Assembly (NCBI GenBank): GCA_964016885.1
Contig: OZ024742.1
Coordinates: forward strand, 70,246,001 to 70,310,000
Source of the DNA: Eledone cirrhosa
Lineage: Eukaryota
DNA: 64,000 bases
Reading direction: 5' to 3'
A program made the translations under genes and the position numbers. Under the pieces are notes generated by a model. The model made no database searches, was not told where the DNA came from, and was given only the letters and a program-made list of their open reading frames with translations. Below, in pieces: positions 44,101 to 56,100 of this stretch. The first letter of the stretch is position 1. The number at the start of each line of letters is the position of its first letter.

Positions 44101-47100
44101 CGCGGCCAAAATAAAGAGGAGTCCTTGCATTCTCGTCCGGCAACATGAGGTGAATATATCTTTATCATTGACATTGTCATTGAGTGTCCAGATCTTTCAG
44201 ACTCTCCAGAATTCTATAGTCCATCAACCAGGTCTAAAATTAAGGAGTGATAGCTGAGCAGTGGTTTTGTGAAAGAGATTGGTAAGAGAAATATATTATA
44301 GCCGCTGAATTATGATTGGACCAAATAATAATGGTGGCGTGTGTGTGTGGGGGGGGGGGTCTGGGGGAGTAAGCGAGAAGGTTATTTTATAATATAATCC
44401 TAGAAATTTGGCAATAATTAAACGAGCATATAACAGTAATCAGAGTTTAAATACAAACGAGCATATAACAGTAATCAGAGTTTAAATACAAGTAGAAGAT
44501 TGTTTTCGAGGGTCTGACAGAATTATGGGAGTTTAAAATACAAGATTGTTTTGAAGGTCTGACAGAATTATCGAATAACATTGAAAAGATTGGATTCTAA
44601 GTTAAACGGACGATATAATACTGATAGGTGAATGGACTAGAACATTGTAATGTGTAATTGAGTGTGTGTCTTTTTGAATCTTCTTTATTGGTTTGTTTCT
44701 TTTGCAAACCATAAATATTATGTAATGAAATATATAAGTTATTGTTCCTTTCATACTTTTGTATTATATAAACAGGTTTTCTTAAATCAATCATCATCAT
44801 CATCATTTAACATCTGTTTTCTCTGCTAGCAAAGATTAAACGGGTCATCACTACTGACTTTTTATATGTTCCTGCACTCTACAAAGCATCCTCCTCCACC
44901 ACTAATTAGGCCACCTAGGTATCAAAAACTGTTAACAACTTCTAGTGAGCCTCCCAGGCAATTGAAGTAGTTTAATTTACGTATGTTCTTAGTGCTTACT
45001 TCTCTTGTGTATCTATCACATACAAAATCTATCTTCTCCATTAACCTGCCTATAATTCCACGACATCTCGTGTGCACCTAACAGAATTTCTACCCACTCT
45101 TTTTTGAAATAGGAAAAAGGACTTAAAGCTAAGTTTACTTTTCAGCCTATCAATTCTAGGTTTTTCTTCCACTTTTGGAATGTTGCCTCTAACTCTCCCA
45201 CAGATTCAGCTATAAGAACTAGAACATCAGCAGACAGCAGTTACCACTCCATGCATATTTTTATATATGTATATTTATATATAACATCTTGTTCTTTTTA
45301 TATCTGCACTCACTTTTTAAATGTTATTTTCACACCACATGGACGCAATTTGAAATTCTTCCTCTGGTCAAATATATAGCTTTTTGTACAGTGTGAGACA
45401 TATATGAAGACAATCTCCACCAATGAGTAAAATTTTGTCTTTTAATGATAGTTGGTAATCTATAATAGATTACTTAGATCAATATTTTGCATTAATCTTT
45501 GATTTTATGAAATGGCCATCTGGAGATCTATAAATTTAGTACCCCATTAAAGTATGTATATTTTCCTACATATTATTTACTCTTTATATCATCATCATCA
45601 TCATCGTTTTACGTTCGTTCTTCCATGCTAGCATGGGTTAGACAGGTTGTCCTGTTGTGGGCAGTGTCTAGTCGGCTGACCATGCCTTGCTCATACAGGA
45701 ACTGATTTAACTGTACAAATTTATGTGTTTCTCAAAATATATATGCCTTTTACTCCTCTCTCTATATATATCTTTTAAACTTGTATAATTGATGCTCTGA
45801 ACTAAGAACTAAAAGGTTCCTTGAGATTTGTTATTGAGAAACATGATTGTTACATATTTAATATGTATCAATACCTTTACATAGTATATATATATATATA
45901 TATCACATATTATACTCTGCTCTGTAAGAGCACCGAGTGCCCAAATGGCCTACCGCTTATGGGTGCTTTAAGCATCTTACACCAATTATATATATATATA
46001 ATATATATATATATTTGAATTTCGTATTTTTAAAGAAATACGGTATGTTTATAAATAAACATTTAGAAAGCCATAGCTATGAATGACACTGACAGTTAAT
46101 GCCACCAAGCGGTGTTTGGCAGAAGCAAGGGGGACAATTGTCGATGCATTTTGATCCCTCCCACTCTTGCAACTGCTGAACTTTGAAAACAGGCGAAAGT
46201 ATATAGTTTTTATTGTCTGTGTAAATGAAGCGATTAATCTCATTTGCATATGAAGCTGTATAAGTTGGCTTAACTTAATAATAATAATGAAATATTGTGT
46301 ACAGTGCTCAGGTGCACTACAACTCATCAAAAAGTGTATGTATAGTACATAGGGTAATGTACAAACGTCAGGAAAATGAACAGTGCATGAGTCATGATAT
46401 ACACAAGTGTGCATGTGTATGGAAGGAGTACATCAGGTGTAGTTAATATAGAATAGAATTAGAATTTAGCTTCGAACATAGCTGTATACAAATATGTATT
46501 TGAATTTCGTATTTCTAAAGAAATACGGTATGTTTATAAATAAACATTTAGAAAGCCATAGCTATGAATAACATATATATATATATATAATGTTTGTGTG
46601 TTACACGATCACTAAGTTAGACTGTTGCAGGTGTTGTGTAATTATAGTCAAGTATGTCAGGATTATTAATTAATAAATGAAATACTGAATAACAACCTTT
46701 CAGCCTCAGTGTTTATTCCAAAACCTAAGCTCACTCTGTATATATACGTGTGTGTCAGCATGTTTGTTTGTCTCTGTGTCTTCACCTTGTACTTGATATC
46801 ACTAGCACAAGCAATGATGTTTTTAATGCATAAACAGAAGTTCCATAGCTTAGTTATTAGAGATGCAATAATTCATACCTTACTTAAAGAAATGTAAGGT
46901 TTGGCTTCAAGCAAGGTATACATCTGCAGAATTTTGCCTAAAAAAGCCTCCGTGAATCTGTGCCAACATGGAGAAACAACAATAACAAAATAGGATATTC
47001 TTCTTCTTCTTCTTCTCCTCATTATTATTATTATTGTTATTACTCTTTGAGTCTCAGTCATTGATGTTAGTTAACTGGAAAGTTTGTTGAAATGAATATC

Positions 47101-50100
47101 AAGCCACTACCTGCAGCCTCAGATATTCAGGATGTATCGGAGGGTTCTTGCTGTTCCCAGCAAGCATGCCTTTTGAAGCGTTCCAAAAAGCGTGAAGGGG
47201 CCAATTTTCTTTAACCATCCCTGGAAACTTTTTGAGATAGTCCCTAGTGCGCCTATGACAATCGGGATCACTTTGACTTCATGGCAGTTCCAAATTCTTT
47301 TTACCTCCCACTTTAAGTCATGGTATCGGTTAATTTTCTCCCTCTCCTTCTCTTGCACTCTCGTGTCGAATGGGCAGGCTACATCCACAATCAGGCATGA
47401 TCTTTTTTCTTTGTCCAAAACCACCAGGTCAGGTCTATTGTGTTCCAGTTTCTTGTCCGTCTGTATCCTAAAATCCCACAGCACCTTCACCTGATCGTTT
47501 TCTATCACCGCCTCTGGCTTATGCTCATACCACTTCTCAGAATGTGGTAAATTGTTTACTTTGCATAGGTGCCAGTGGATCACCCTGCCCATCACATCAT
47601 GTCTCCAGCCCTTATAGTGAGTCTGGGCTAGGTGTTTACACTCGGATACAATGTGAGCCACAGTCTCCTCTTTCTCTCCACAGATCCTGCACAGTGGGCT
47701 AGCCTCCTCCTTGTAAATGTGGTGTTTCAACCACTTCGTTTTGAGGGCCTGCTCCTGTGCAGCCATTAACATTCCTTCTGTAGCCTTTTTAAGGTCTCCT
47801 CTTTTCAACCAGTTCCATGTCTGTGGATCTCTAAATTCAGTTCTCTCAAAGAAGGTACTATGAAGGGATTTTTCCTGAAGGCTGCTCTTTCTCCTTGATG
47901 TTATTTCCTCCTTGGACATCCCCTGGCCTATTGTCCCCTCCTTCAGTACAGTTCTGAGCATTGGCTCCTTACTATCAGTCACGTATTTGTGTAGGTTGTT
48001 TTTCTCCATCTGAACACAGTCCTCTATGCTGATAAGACCTCTTCCACCCTCAGATCTCCTTAAGTAGAGTCTATCGACATCACTCCTCTTGTGGAACATG
48101 TTGTAGATAGTCAATTCTTCTTCTTCTTCTTCTTCTTCTTCTTCTTCTTCTTCTTCTTCTTCTTTTTCTTTTTCTTCTTCTTCTTCTAACTACTGATGAG
48201 ACTTGTGGCTGGAACAGGTACATTCTACTCCTATGACTACCACCCTCAATGTTGGTACCCTGAAAAATAAATCAGGTGAAATTGTGGAACTGTTAAAGAT
48301 GAGAGAAGTGGATGTATGCTGTATACAAGAGGTGAAATGGAGGGATGCCCTCAGAGAAACTACTCACATGTAAATAACATGCATACAAACTTTACTGGGT
48401 AAGAAATGATGGTGGGGTAGGTAGTGTAAGCATTCTACTAGCTGAGAAATGGATAGATAAGGTGATAGAGGTGGTTAGAGTAAGTGACAGAATTATCAAG
48501 CTTAGAATAGCTGTAGGAAATAGAATGGTGACAATTACATCTAACAACACACCACATGTGGGACTCTGTAAAGAACAAAAGGACAGGTTCTATGAGAAAT
48601 TTCTACAGACAGCTTTAGTTACTGATGAAAGAGACCTCATCATCCTGGCAGGCGACTTCAATGCCCATGCTGGACATTAACAAATTAACAAGACAGATTC
48701 AGTGGAGTCCATGGCAGCTATGTTTATGGATCAAGAAATGAAGAGGGAGTGAGGCACCTGCAATTCTGTGACACAAATGAACTAACCATTTGCAACACAA
48801 ATTTCAGGAAACCGGTTAGCCATCTGATCACATACCAATCAAGCGAACAAACAAGCCAAATTGATTTCTTACTTGTAAGATGAGATAATCCACTGCAATG
48901 AATACTAAGGCCTTCCCTGGGGAAGAATCATCATCATCATCATTTTACGTCTGCTTTTCCTTGTTTGCAAGGGTGGGACAGGAACTGATTCTGGCTTGTT
49001 TTCTACAGCTGGATGCCCTTCCTAACACCAACCTCATTTACAGTGAATGCTGGGTGCTTTTTAGCCATGGCACCTCCACGACCACTTTGCAGTGGAATGA
49101 TATGGACCCCAGTCCCTATCATCTCATTTCTACAGCTGAGTAAACTGGAGCAATGTGAAATAAATTGCTCAAGAAAACAACACATCCCCTGGTATGAGAA
49201 TTGAACTCACAACCTTTTGATTGCAAGGCCAATGCTCTAACCACTAAGCCATGGTGTTGCCAAATACAAGTTAGTTATTAGTGATATCAGAATAAACATT
49301 TAACGAGCATAAAAGTTTGTCGATTTTATTTAGTGTTTACGTTATTTAGTCATCAATTTAGGAATAAAATAATTAAATGAAACATGCTGAAATATCTCAC
49401 ACTAGTGTCTATAATTGTCTCATCTGTATTGATATGAGTGCATGTTACAACTTGGAAATAAGACATACCTTTTGAAATAATATAATGTGTATAATTTGTA
49501 TTATTAGTTGTAGAATTGGCAACGAGGTGAGAGAAAAAGTTAGTCTCCGCATAGTATTATTGGTTTTCTGTTCCGAAGCCTGAGAGAGAGTTTCTCTTAA
49601 TATGTTCACTCCACATGGTGTGGGTGAAATGAAAAGTGGGAGAAGGCAAAATTACATATTAACTCCTGGACGGCTAGCTTTGTAAGAGAGCGGGTACTTT
49701 CAGTTTCTCAATTTATAGTCTCCATGGGACGTAACTCTCATTAACTCTCCTTCTCGACCCAATACCCTCCTCCAGACGGTAGGCAAACAACCCGAAGGTA
49801 ATTGTAGCGAACCCGCAAGAATGGGATCAAGGCAAAGGTATGAAATATACATACACAATACACAAAAAAGAAACTCTATAGTTAAAGAAAACTTTCAACT
49901 GTTAAGAAACAAGGTAAAGAAAAGCATGTAATATACAATACAAAAAAGGCTCCATAGTGGCCAGTTCAGATGAAAACTGTTTGACAAAGTCTTTTGGGCC
50001 AGTGGACTCTTCAACCAGAACGGGTCGTGGACTTGTATGTAGGTGAAGGTGGGGCAGAAGGAGCAGGTGTATGTACAATAGAGAAAGATGGGGATATTTG

Positions 50101-53100
50101 TGGCCCAGGTGTATGAGCATCTGTGAATGCCCTTTTCAGTCTGTCAACCAAAATTGTCTCTCTGGATCCCTTAATGTCTACAGTAAAGTGTTTGTCAGCA
50201 CGTGCTAACACACAGTAGGGTCCAGAGTATGGTTGTGTGAGAGGTGGTCTAACAGCATCGTCTCTGACAAAGACATGTGTCCACGAGGCAATATCCCTCG
50301 GGACTGCAATTTTAACAGTTTGTTTCCTGGTATCCATAGGCGGTAAGTTCTGAAAATACGAGCGCGCACGAGACACATAGGAAAGGGGATCTTGAATAGC
50401 AAGATCGACGGGCAAGCATTTGCCAAGGCAATACTAGAGGAGCACCATACAACAATTCAGCTGGGGAGAACCCAAGGTCCTCCTTTATTGAAGACCGAAT
50501 TCCTAACAACACAATAGGAAGGTACTCGCTCCAACATAGAGAGTCTGGATAGGCACGGAGAGCGGCCTTTAATTGGCGGTGAAAACGCTCCACCATTCCG
50601 TTTGAAGCAGGATGATAAGATGTGGTCCAAATGCGTTGAGTGCCAATAATTTTTGTTAACTTTGAGAAAAGATGTGATTCGAATTGCCTACCACGGTCTG
50701 TTGTAATTGTGGTTGGCACGCCATAGCAGGCAATCCACCCTGATACCAGGGCATGCGCTATCATGTCAGCGGTAATGTTCTTTAAGGGGATGGCTTCAGG
50801 CCATTGCGAAAAACGATCAATGCAGGTCAAAAGGTAAGAATATCCACTACTGACTGGCCAAGGTCCAACGATATCGATGTGGATGTGTCGAAAACGAGCA
50901 TCTGGAGTACTGAAAGTACCAAGTGGAGTCCGGATGTGTCTGTGGACTTTAGATTTTTGACACTATATGCAGGAACGGCACCACGCAATAATTTTGTGCC
51001 TCATATTTGGCCAGAAAAATCTAGCTGTTATGAGCTTTACTGTGGCTGAAGTTCCTGGGTGAGAAATGCTGTGCAAAGCAAGGAACACAATTCGACGGTG
51101 AGTCTCAGGAACATAAGGTCGTGGTGAATCCATAGATACATCGCAGAGAATCTGCCTGTCGGTAGTCGACAAGGGCAGATATTTTAGGTTCCAAGTCGCA
51201 AATTCGGCTGATGAAGTATCCTACGATTTGAGTGCAAGTTGGTCAGCTGCTAAATGACTTAAATCTATCTCCTGGGATGACGAAATCGAGCTGATTGGCA
51301 AGCGTGATAAGGTGTCTGCAGCTGTATTTAGCGAGCCAGAAATGTGCTGGATATCATTGGTAAACTGCGAAATGTAATCGAGGTGCCTTGTCTCTCTGGG
51401 CGAATATCTGTCGGCTTTAGCCCTCAAAGTGAAGGTCAGAGGTTTGTGGTCAGTGAAAACTGTAAAATTTCATCCCTCAAGAATATGAGAAAAATGTTTC
51501 ACCGACAGATATATGGCTAATAACTCCCGACCAAACGTGCCGTAATGAGTTTCTGCCGATTTCAGCTTCCTGTAGAAAAATGCCAAAGGTTGTTTGTGTT
51601 CAGCGTTATACTGTTGTAAAACTGCTCCCACAGCGGTATCAGATGCATCGACACAAAAAAGCGAAAGCTTGGCATTGGGTACTGGGTGGGCTAGCAAAGA
51701 TGAATTAGCAAGTGTTGTCTTAGCAGTCTGGAAATCTTCGAGTTGTGCTTGTGTCATGGAAATATCCTCATTCTTCTTACAATGATCTTTCAAAATCTCG
51801 GTAAGGGAAAACAGTAATTTTGCACATTGAGGAACGAAACGTCTATAAAAATTGATTAGGCCTAGGAAATGACGCAACTGGCGAAGTGAGGTAGGCGGAG
51901 GTAAATCTTGTATAGCCTTAACTCGCTGTGGAAGGGGTCGAATACCCTTGGCATCGATGATGTGACCTAAAAAATTCAGAGAAGCGGATCCGAAAACACA
52001 CTTTGCAGGATTCACTCGAACGTGGTAATCCTGGAGTCGGCAAAATAAAAGGTTCAGGTGACGCATATGCTCTTCTGGAGAGGAACTAGCAATGAAAAGA
52101 TCATCTATATATGCATAAACGAAGTCCAGACCATGAGTGTCCTCATCTATGAACCGCTGAAAAGTGCTAGCGGCATTCCTGAGTCCAAAAGGCATGGTCA
52201 AAAACTCGAAGGATCCGAAATGAGTCGTAATAGCTGTTTTCGGAATGTCTTCCTTCCTGACTGGCATTTGGTGGTAAGCTCGCACTAAATCGAGTTTGGA
52301 GAAAATCTTACAACCCTGCAACGAAGATGCAAAATCCTGGAGGTGGGGAATCGGATATCTATCCGGGATGGTCATCGCGTTTAATCTCCTATAATCCCCA
52401 GTGGGTCTCCAGTCGCCAGAAATCTTGGGCACCATATGTAATGGGGAAGCCCAAGGACTTGTAGATGGGCGAATAATGCCCAGCTGCAGCATATGGCCGA
52501 ACTCGGACCGTGCTGCTTTTAACTTATCCACCGGTAAACGACGTGGAGCTGAAAATACTGGAGCACCGGTTGTGGAAATAAAATGTTCGGTTGAGTGAGT
52601 TGGCTCGGTAACACGAAAATTCCCATCAATGAGCTCCGGGAACGATTCTAACAACGTATGGTAAGCGTTTCCAGCGGCAGTGATGAAAAAGGTTGGGCTA
52701 ACCGTTGAAGCATCGGCTCTTCAGCCACGAATTGAGAAACCGGTGATGTCATCCACTAGACGTTGGCCTTGGACATCCACAGTCAAGGAGAAATTGTGGA
52801 GGAAATCTGCTCCCAAGATTGGGTATGGCAAGTTAGCGACCGTAAAAATCCATTTAAAATCCCTACGAAGATTTTGGAATTTGAGGGGAAGCGAGATTTG
52901 TCCATATGGGCGAGTGGTTAACGGCCTGCAGAGTAACGGATGACTCCATGGGGGTCTCCTTTAGGCAATGGACCGGCCAAATACTACAGGAGGCTCCTGT
53001 ATCCACAAGGAAGGCTCTTCCAGACAGGAGGTCCTTCATGAAGAAGTGGCGGTTTGGGTGCTTTACGCTGAGGTCGACTGCCGCCCTCAGCGAACCTCTC

Positions 53101-56100
53101 TGTCGTTTCCCGACTTCACAAAAGAACAAGGCTGTACACAGTGGTTCGCGTTCTCAGCAAAACGCTCATGGTACCAGCATAAAGATGGGGCGGTGTCTGA
53201 AAGAGGTAAATCTACCGCGGCTGCGTGAGCGCGAATGAGCATTACCAGAGGCCTTCAACTTCTGTAGCTCGAGGGTGAGTTCTTGAATAGCTTTTTGAAT
53301 AGCCATTATAGCTGTGCTGTCTGCATGAGTTGCCGCACAGGAGGCATGGCCAGGTGTGGTCTGAGCTGGGGGAGAAACAGCAGCAAGGGCCTCGCTGGCT
53401 CAAGCACCCATGACCCCAAAAACCTCTGCAGAGGCAGCCAGTTGGTCCACAGAACATGTATCCCTAATGGGGGCCAAAATTGTTTGAACGTTGGTCGGTA
53501 GCTGCGAGAAAAACAACTGCTTCAACATCGTGGTTTCTTCTACCAACCCCTCTGTTAGGTCATTCATCCGGCGTAAGAGGTCTGATGGAGTGCCATCCCC
53601 GATATGCTCTAAATGAACCAGAGCTCTAAAGCGTTTCTCGGCGGACTGTGCAGTCTGGCTGAGTATTTCAGTCTTCAACGACTTGTAAGTAGCGTCAGTA
53701 TCGGCGATGTTGTTAGCCTCGAAAAATGCTTCTGTTTGAGCGAACCATAATTTCACGTCGCCCGTATAAGTAGGGAGAATAGATTGAGCTGCCATTGGTG
53801 CAATCTCAGTAAGCGGCAAAATGCATCTCCGTAAAGAAAAATATCTTGAACACAAGGGAAAAAGAAAATAAACCCACTTGTTTTATTTATTTATTTTTTT
53901 TTTTTTGTCTTTTCTTCAAACAACCGGACAGGAAAAAGAAATATTGTGTAAATGAGCGACTAAGCAAATAATGGCATTATCAATACATCTACAGAGAACT
54001 TAATGCAAAAACCAACATGGCGCACTGTTTTGCGCCAAAAAACTGTTGAAGAAGAAAGCAGCCATGTTGACATCTTTAAAAATTTCAGCAAAGGAAAAAA
54101 AAAATCGTCTAACACTTTTTTTTTTTTTTTTAGTAGTATATTTTCCATATACCAACGTCTGGGTCACCACTTTAATGAGCATAAAAGTTTGTCGATTTTA
54201 TTTAGTGTTTACGTTATTTGGTCATCAATTTAGGAATAAAGTAATTAAATGAAGCATGCTGAAATATCTCACACTAGTGTCTATAATTGTCTCATCTTTA
54301 TTGTTATGAGTGCGTGTTACAACTTGGAAATAAGACATACCTTTTGAAATAATATAATATGTATAATTTGTATTATTAGTTGTAGAATTGGCAACGAGGT
54401 GAGAGAAAAAGTTAGTCTCCACATACTGTTATTGGTTTTCTGTTCCGAAGTTGAAGTCGCCTGAGAGAGAGTTTCTCTTAATATGTTCACTCCACATGGT
54501 GTGGGTGAAATGAAAAATGGGAGAAGGCAAAATTACATCTTAACTTTTGGACGGCTATCTTTGTAAGAGAGCGGGTACTTTGTTTCTCAATTTATAGTCT
54601 CCATGGGACGTAACTCTCATTAACTCTCCTTCTCGACCCAAGGAGTCACTACAAACACAAGACAGAACAAGATACGCAGGAAAATTGGACATGGAGTGTT
54701 TGGAACTAAAGGACCTTTCAATTAAATACAGGTAAAGAAAGGCCCTACAGAATGCAGTTGATGAGAGGGGTGACAAGCTAGATACATATAACATGGAGGG
54801 GAATTGGAAATTCATGTGTGAACTACTGATGAGATTTGTGGTTGGAACAAAGTACCAGCCAGACAGTGGGTGACCTTGTGGTTGAATAGAACAGTGGATA
54901 GAGTCATTAAGGCCAAGAGACAGGTGTAGAAAGACTGGGAAAATAGAGGTAGCAGAGATCGGTACCAGGTAGCTAAAAGAGAAGCTAGACAACAGGTCAA
55001 CACAGCTTGGAGAGAGGCTGAAAAAAAGAAAGTTTACCAAGTGTTTTCATTGCAAGGCAATATATCTGTGAATCGGGATGTTTTTTTTGGGGGGGGGGGG
55101 GTTAGAAATGACACTGGTGCACTTAGCACCGATGATGCCTAAAAGAAAGAAGCCTGGAAATGTTACTATGAATGGCTGATGAATGAGAGGAGAAAATACC
55201 CCAAACTTACCCAACAGGAGGACCAGCTTTTGTAGTTGATAGTTATAGGGTCAAAGAAGCAATCAAGATGAAGAATGGTAAAGCTATGGGACCGTCAGAG
55301 ATAGTTGCCAAGGTGCTAAAAGCATTGGGAGAAGAAGTCAAACTAGTTATTCACATAGTCAATCAGGTAATACAGGGTGGTTATACCCAAAGACTGGAAC
55401 AGCAGTACAATCATAAATTGCTACAAGTGCAGAAATGAGGCTCTAGAAAATAGCAACTATAAAGGAATTTAACTAATGGACCAAGTTATGAAAGTGAGGA
55501 AAAGAGTTATAGCACAGCTAATTAGGAAAATAGTCAAATTAGACATGTAGTTTGGTTTCATGCCTGGGAAAATTAATAGTGAGGCAACTACAAGAGAAGT
55601 TCCCAGCCAAAAATAAGCCACTATATTTAGCTTTTGTTGATCTAGAAAAGGCCTTTGACAGAGTACCTCGATCTATTATCTGGTGGTCCATAAGAAAATT
55701 AAGTGTAGAAGAATGGCTTGTGAGAGTAGTGCAAGCCATGTATAGAGGAGCTGTCAGTAAAGTGAAAGTAGGAAATGAGTTTAATGAGGAATTCAAGGTA
55801 CAGGTAGGAGTTCATCAAAGTTCAGTTCTTAGCTATTCATTATAGTCTCTATGTAATAACAGGGGAGTTTAAGACCAGCTGTCCATGGGAACTTCTCTAT
55901 GTGGATGAACTGGTCCTAAAAGTTGAATCCATAAAAGAGAATAAATTCTGACTATGGAAATGGAATTTGGAATCAAAAAGCTTCTGAGAGTAAACTTAGC
56001 CAAAATTAAAGTGCTAGTAAGTAAGGAAAGGGTCCTGCTCAATATGTAAAAAAGGAGTGAGCATAAACTCTATACGGTTTACACAAGGTAAATCTTGGAT

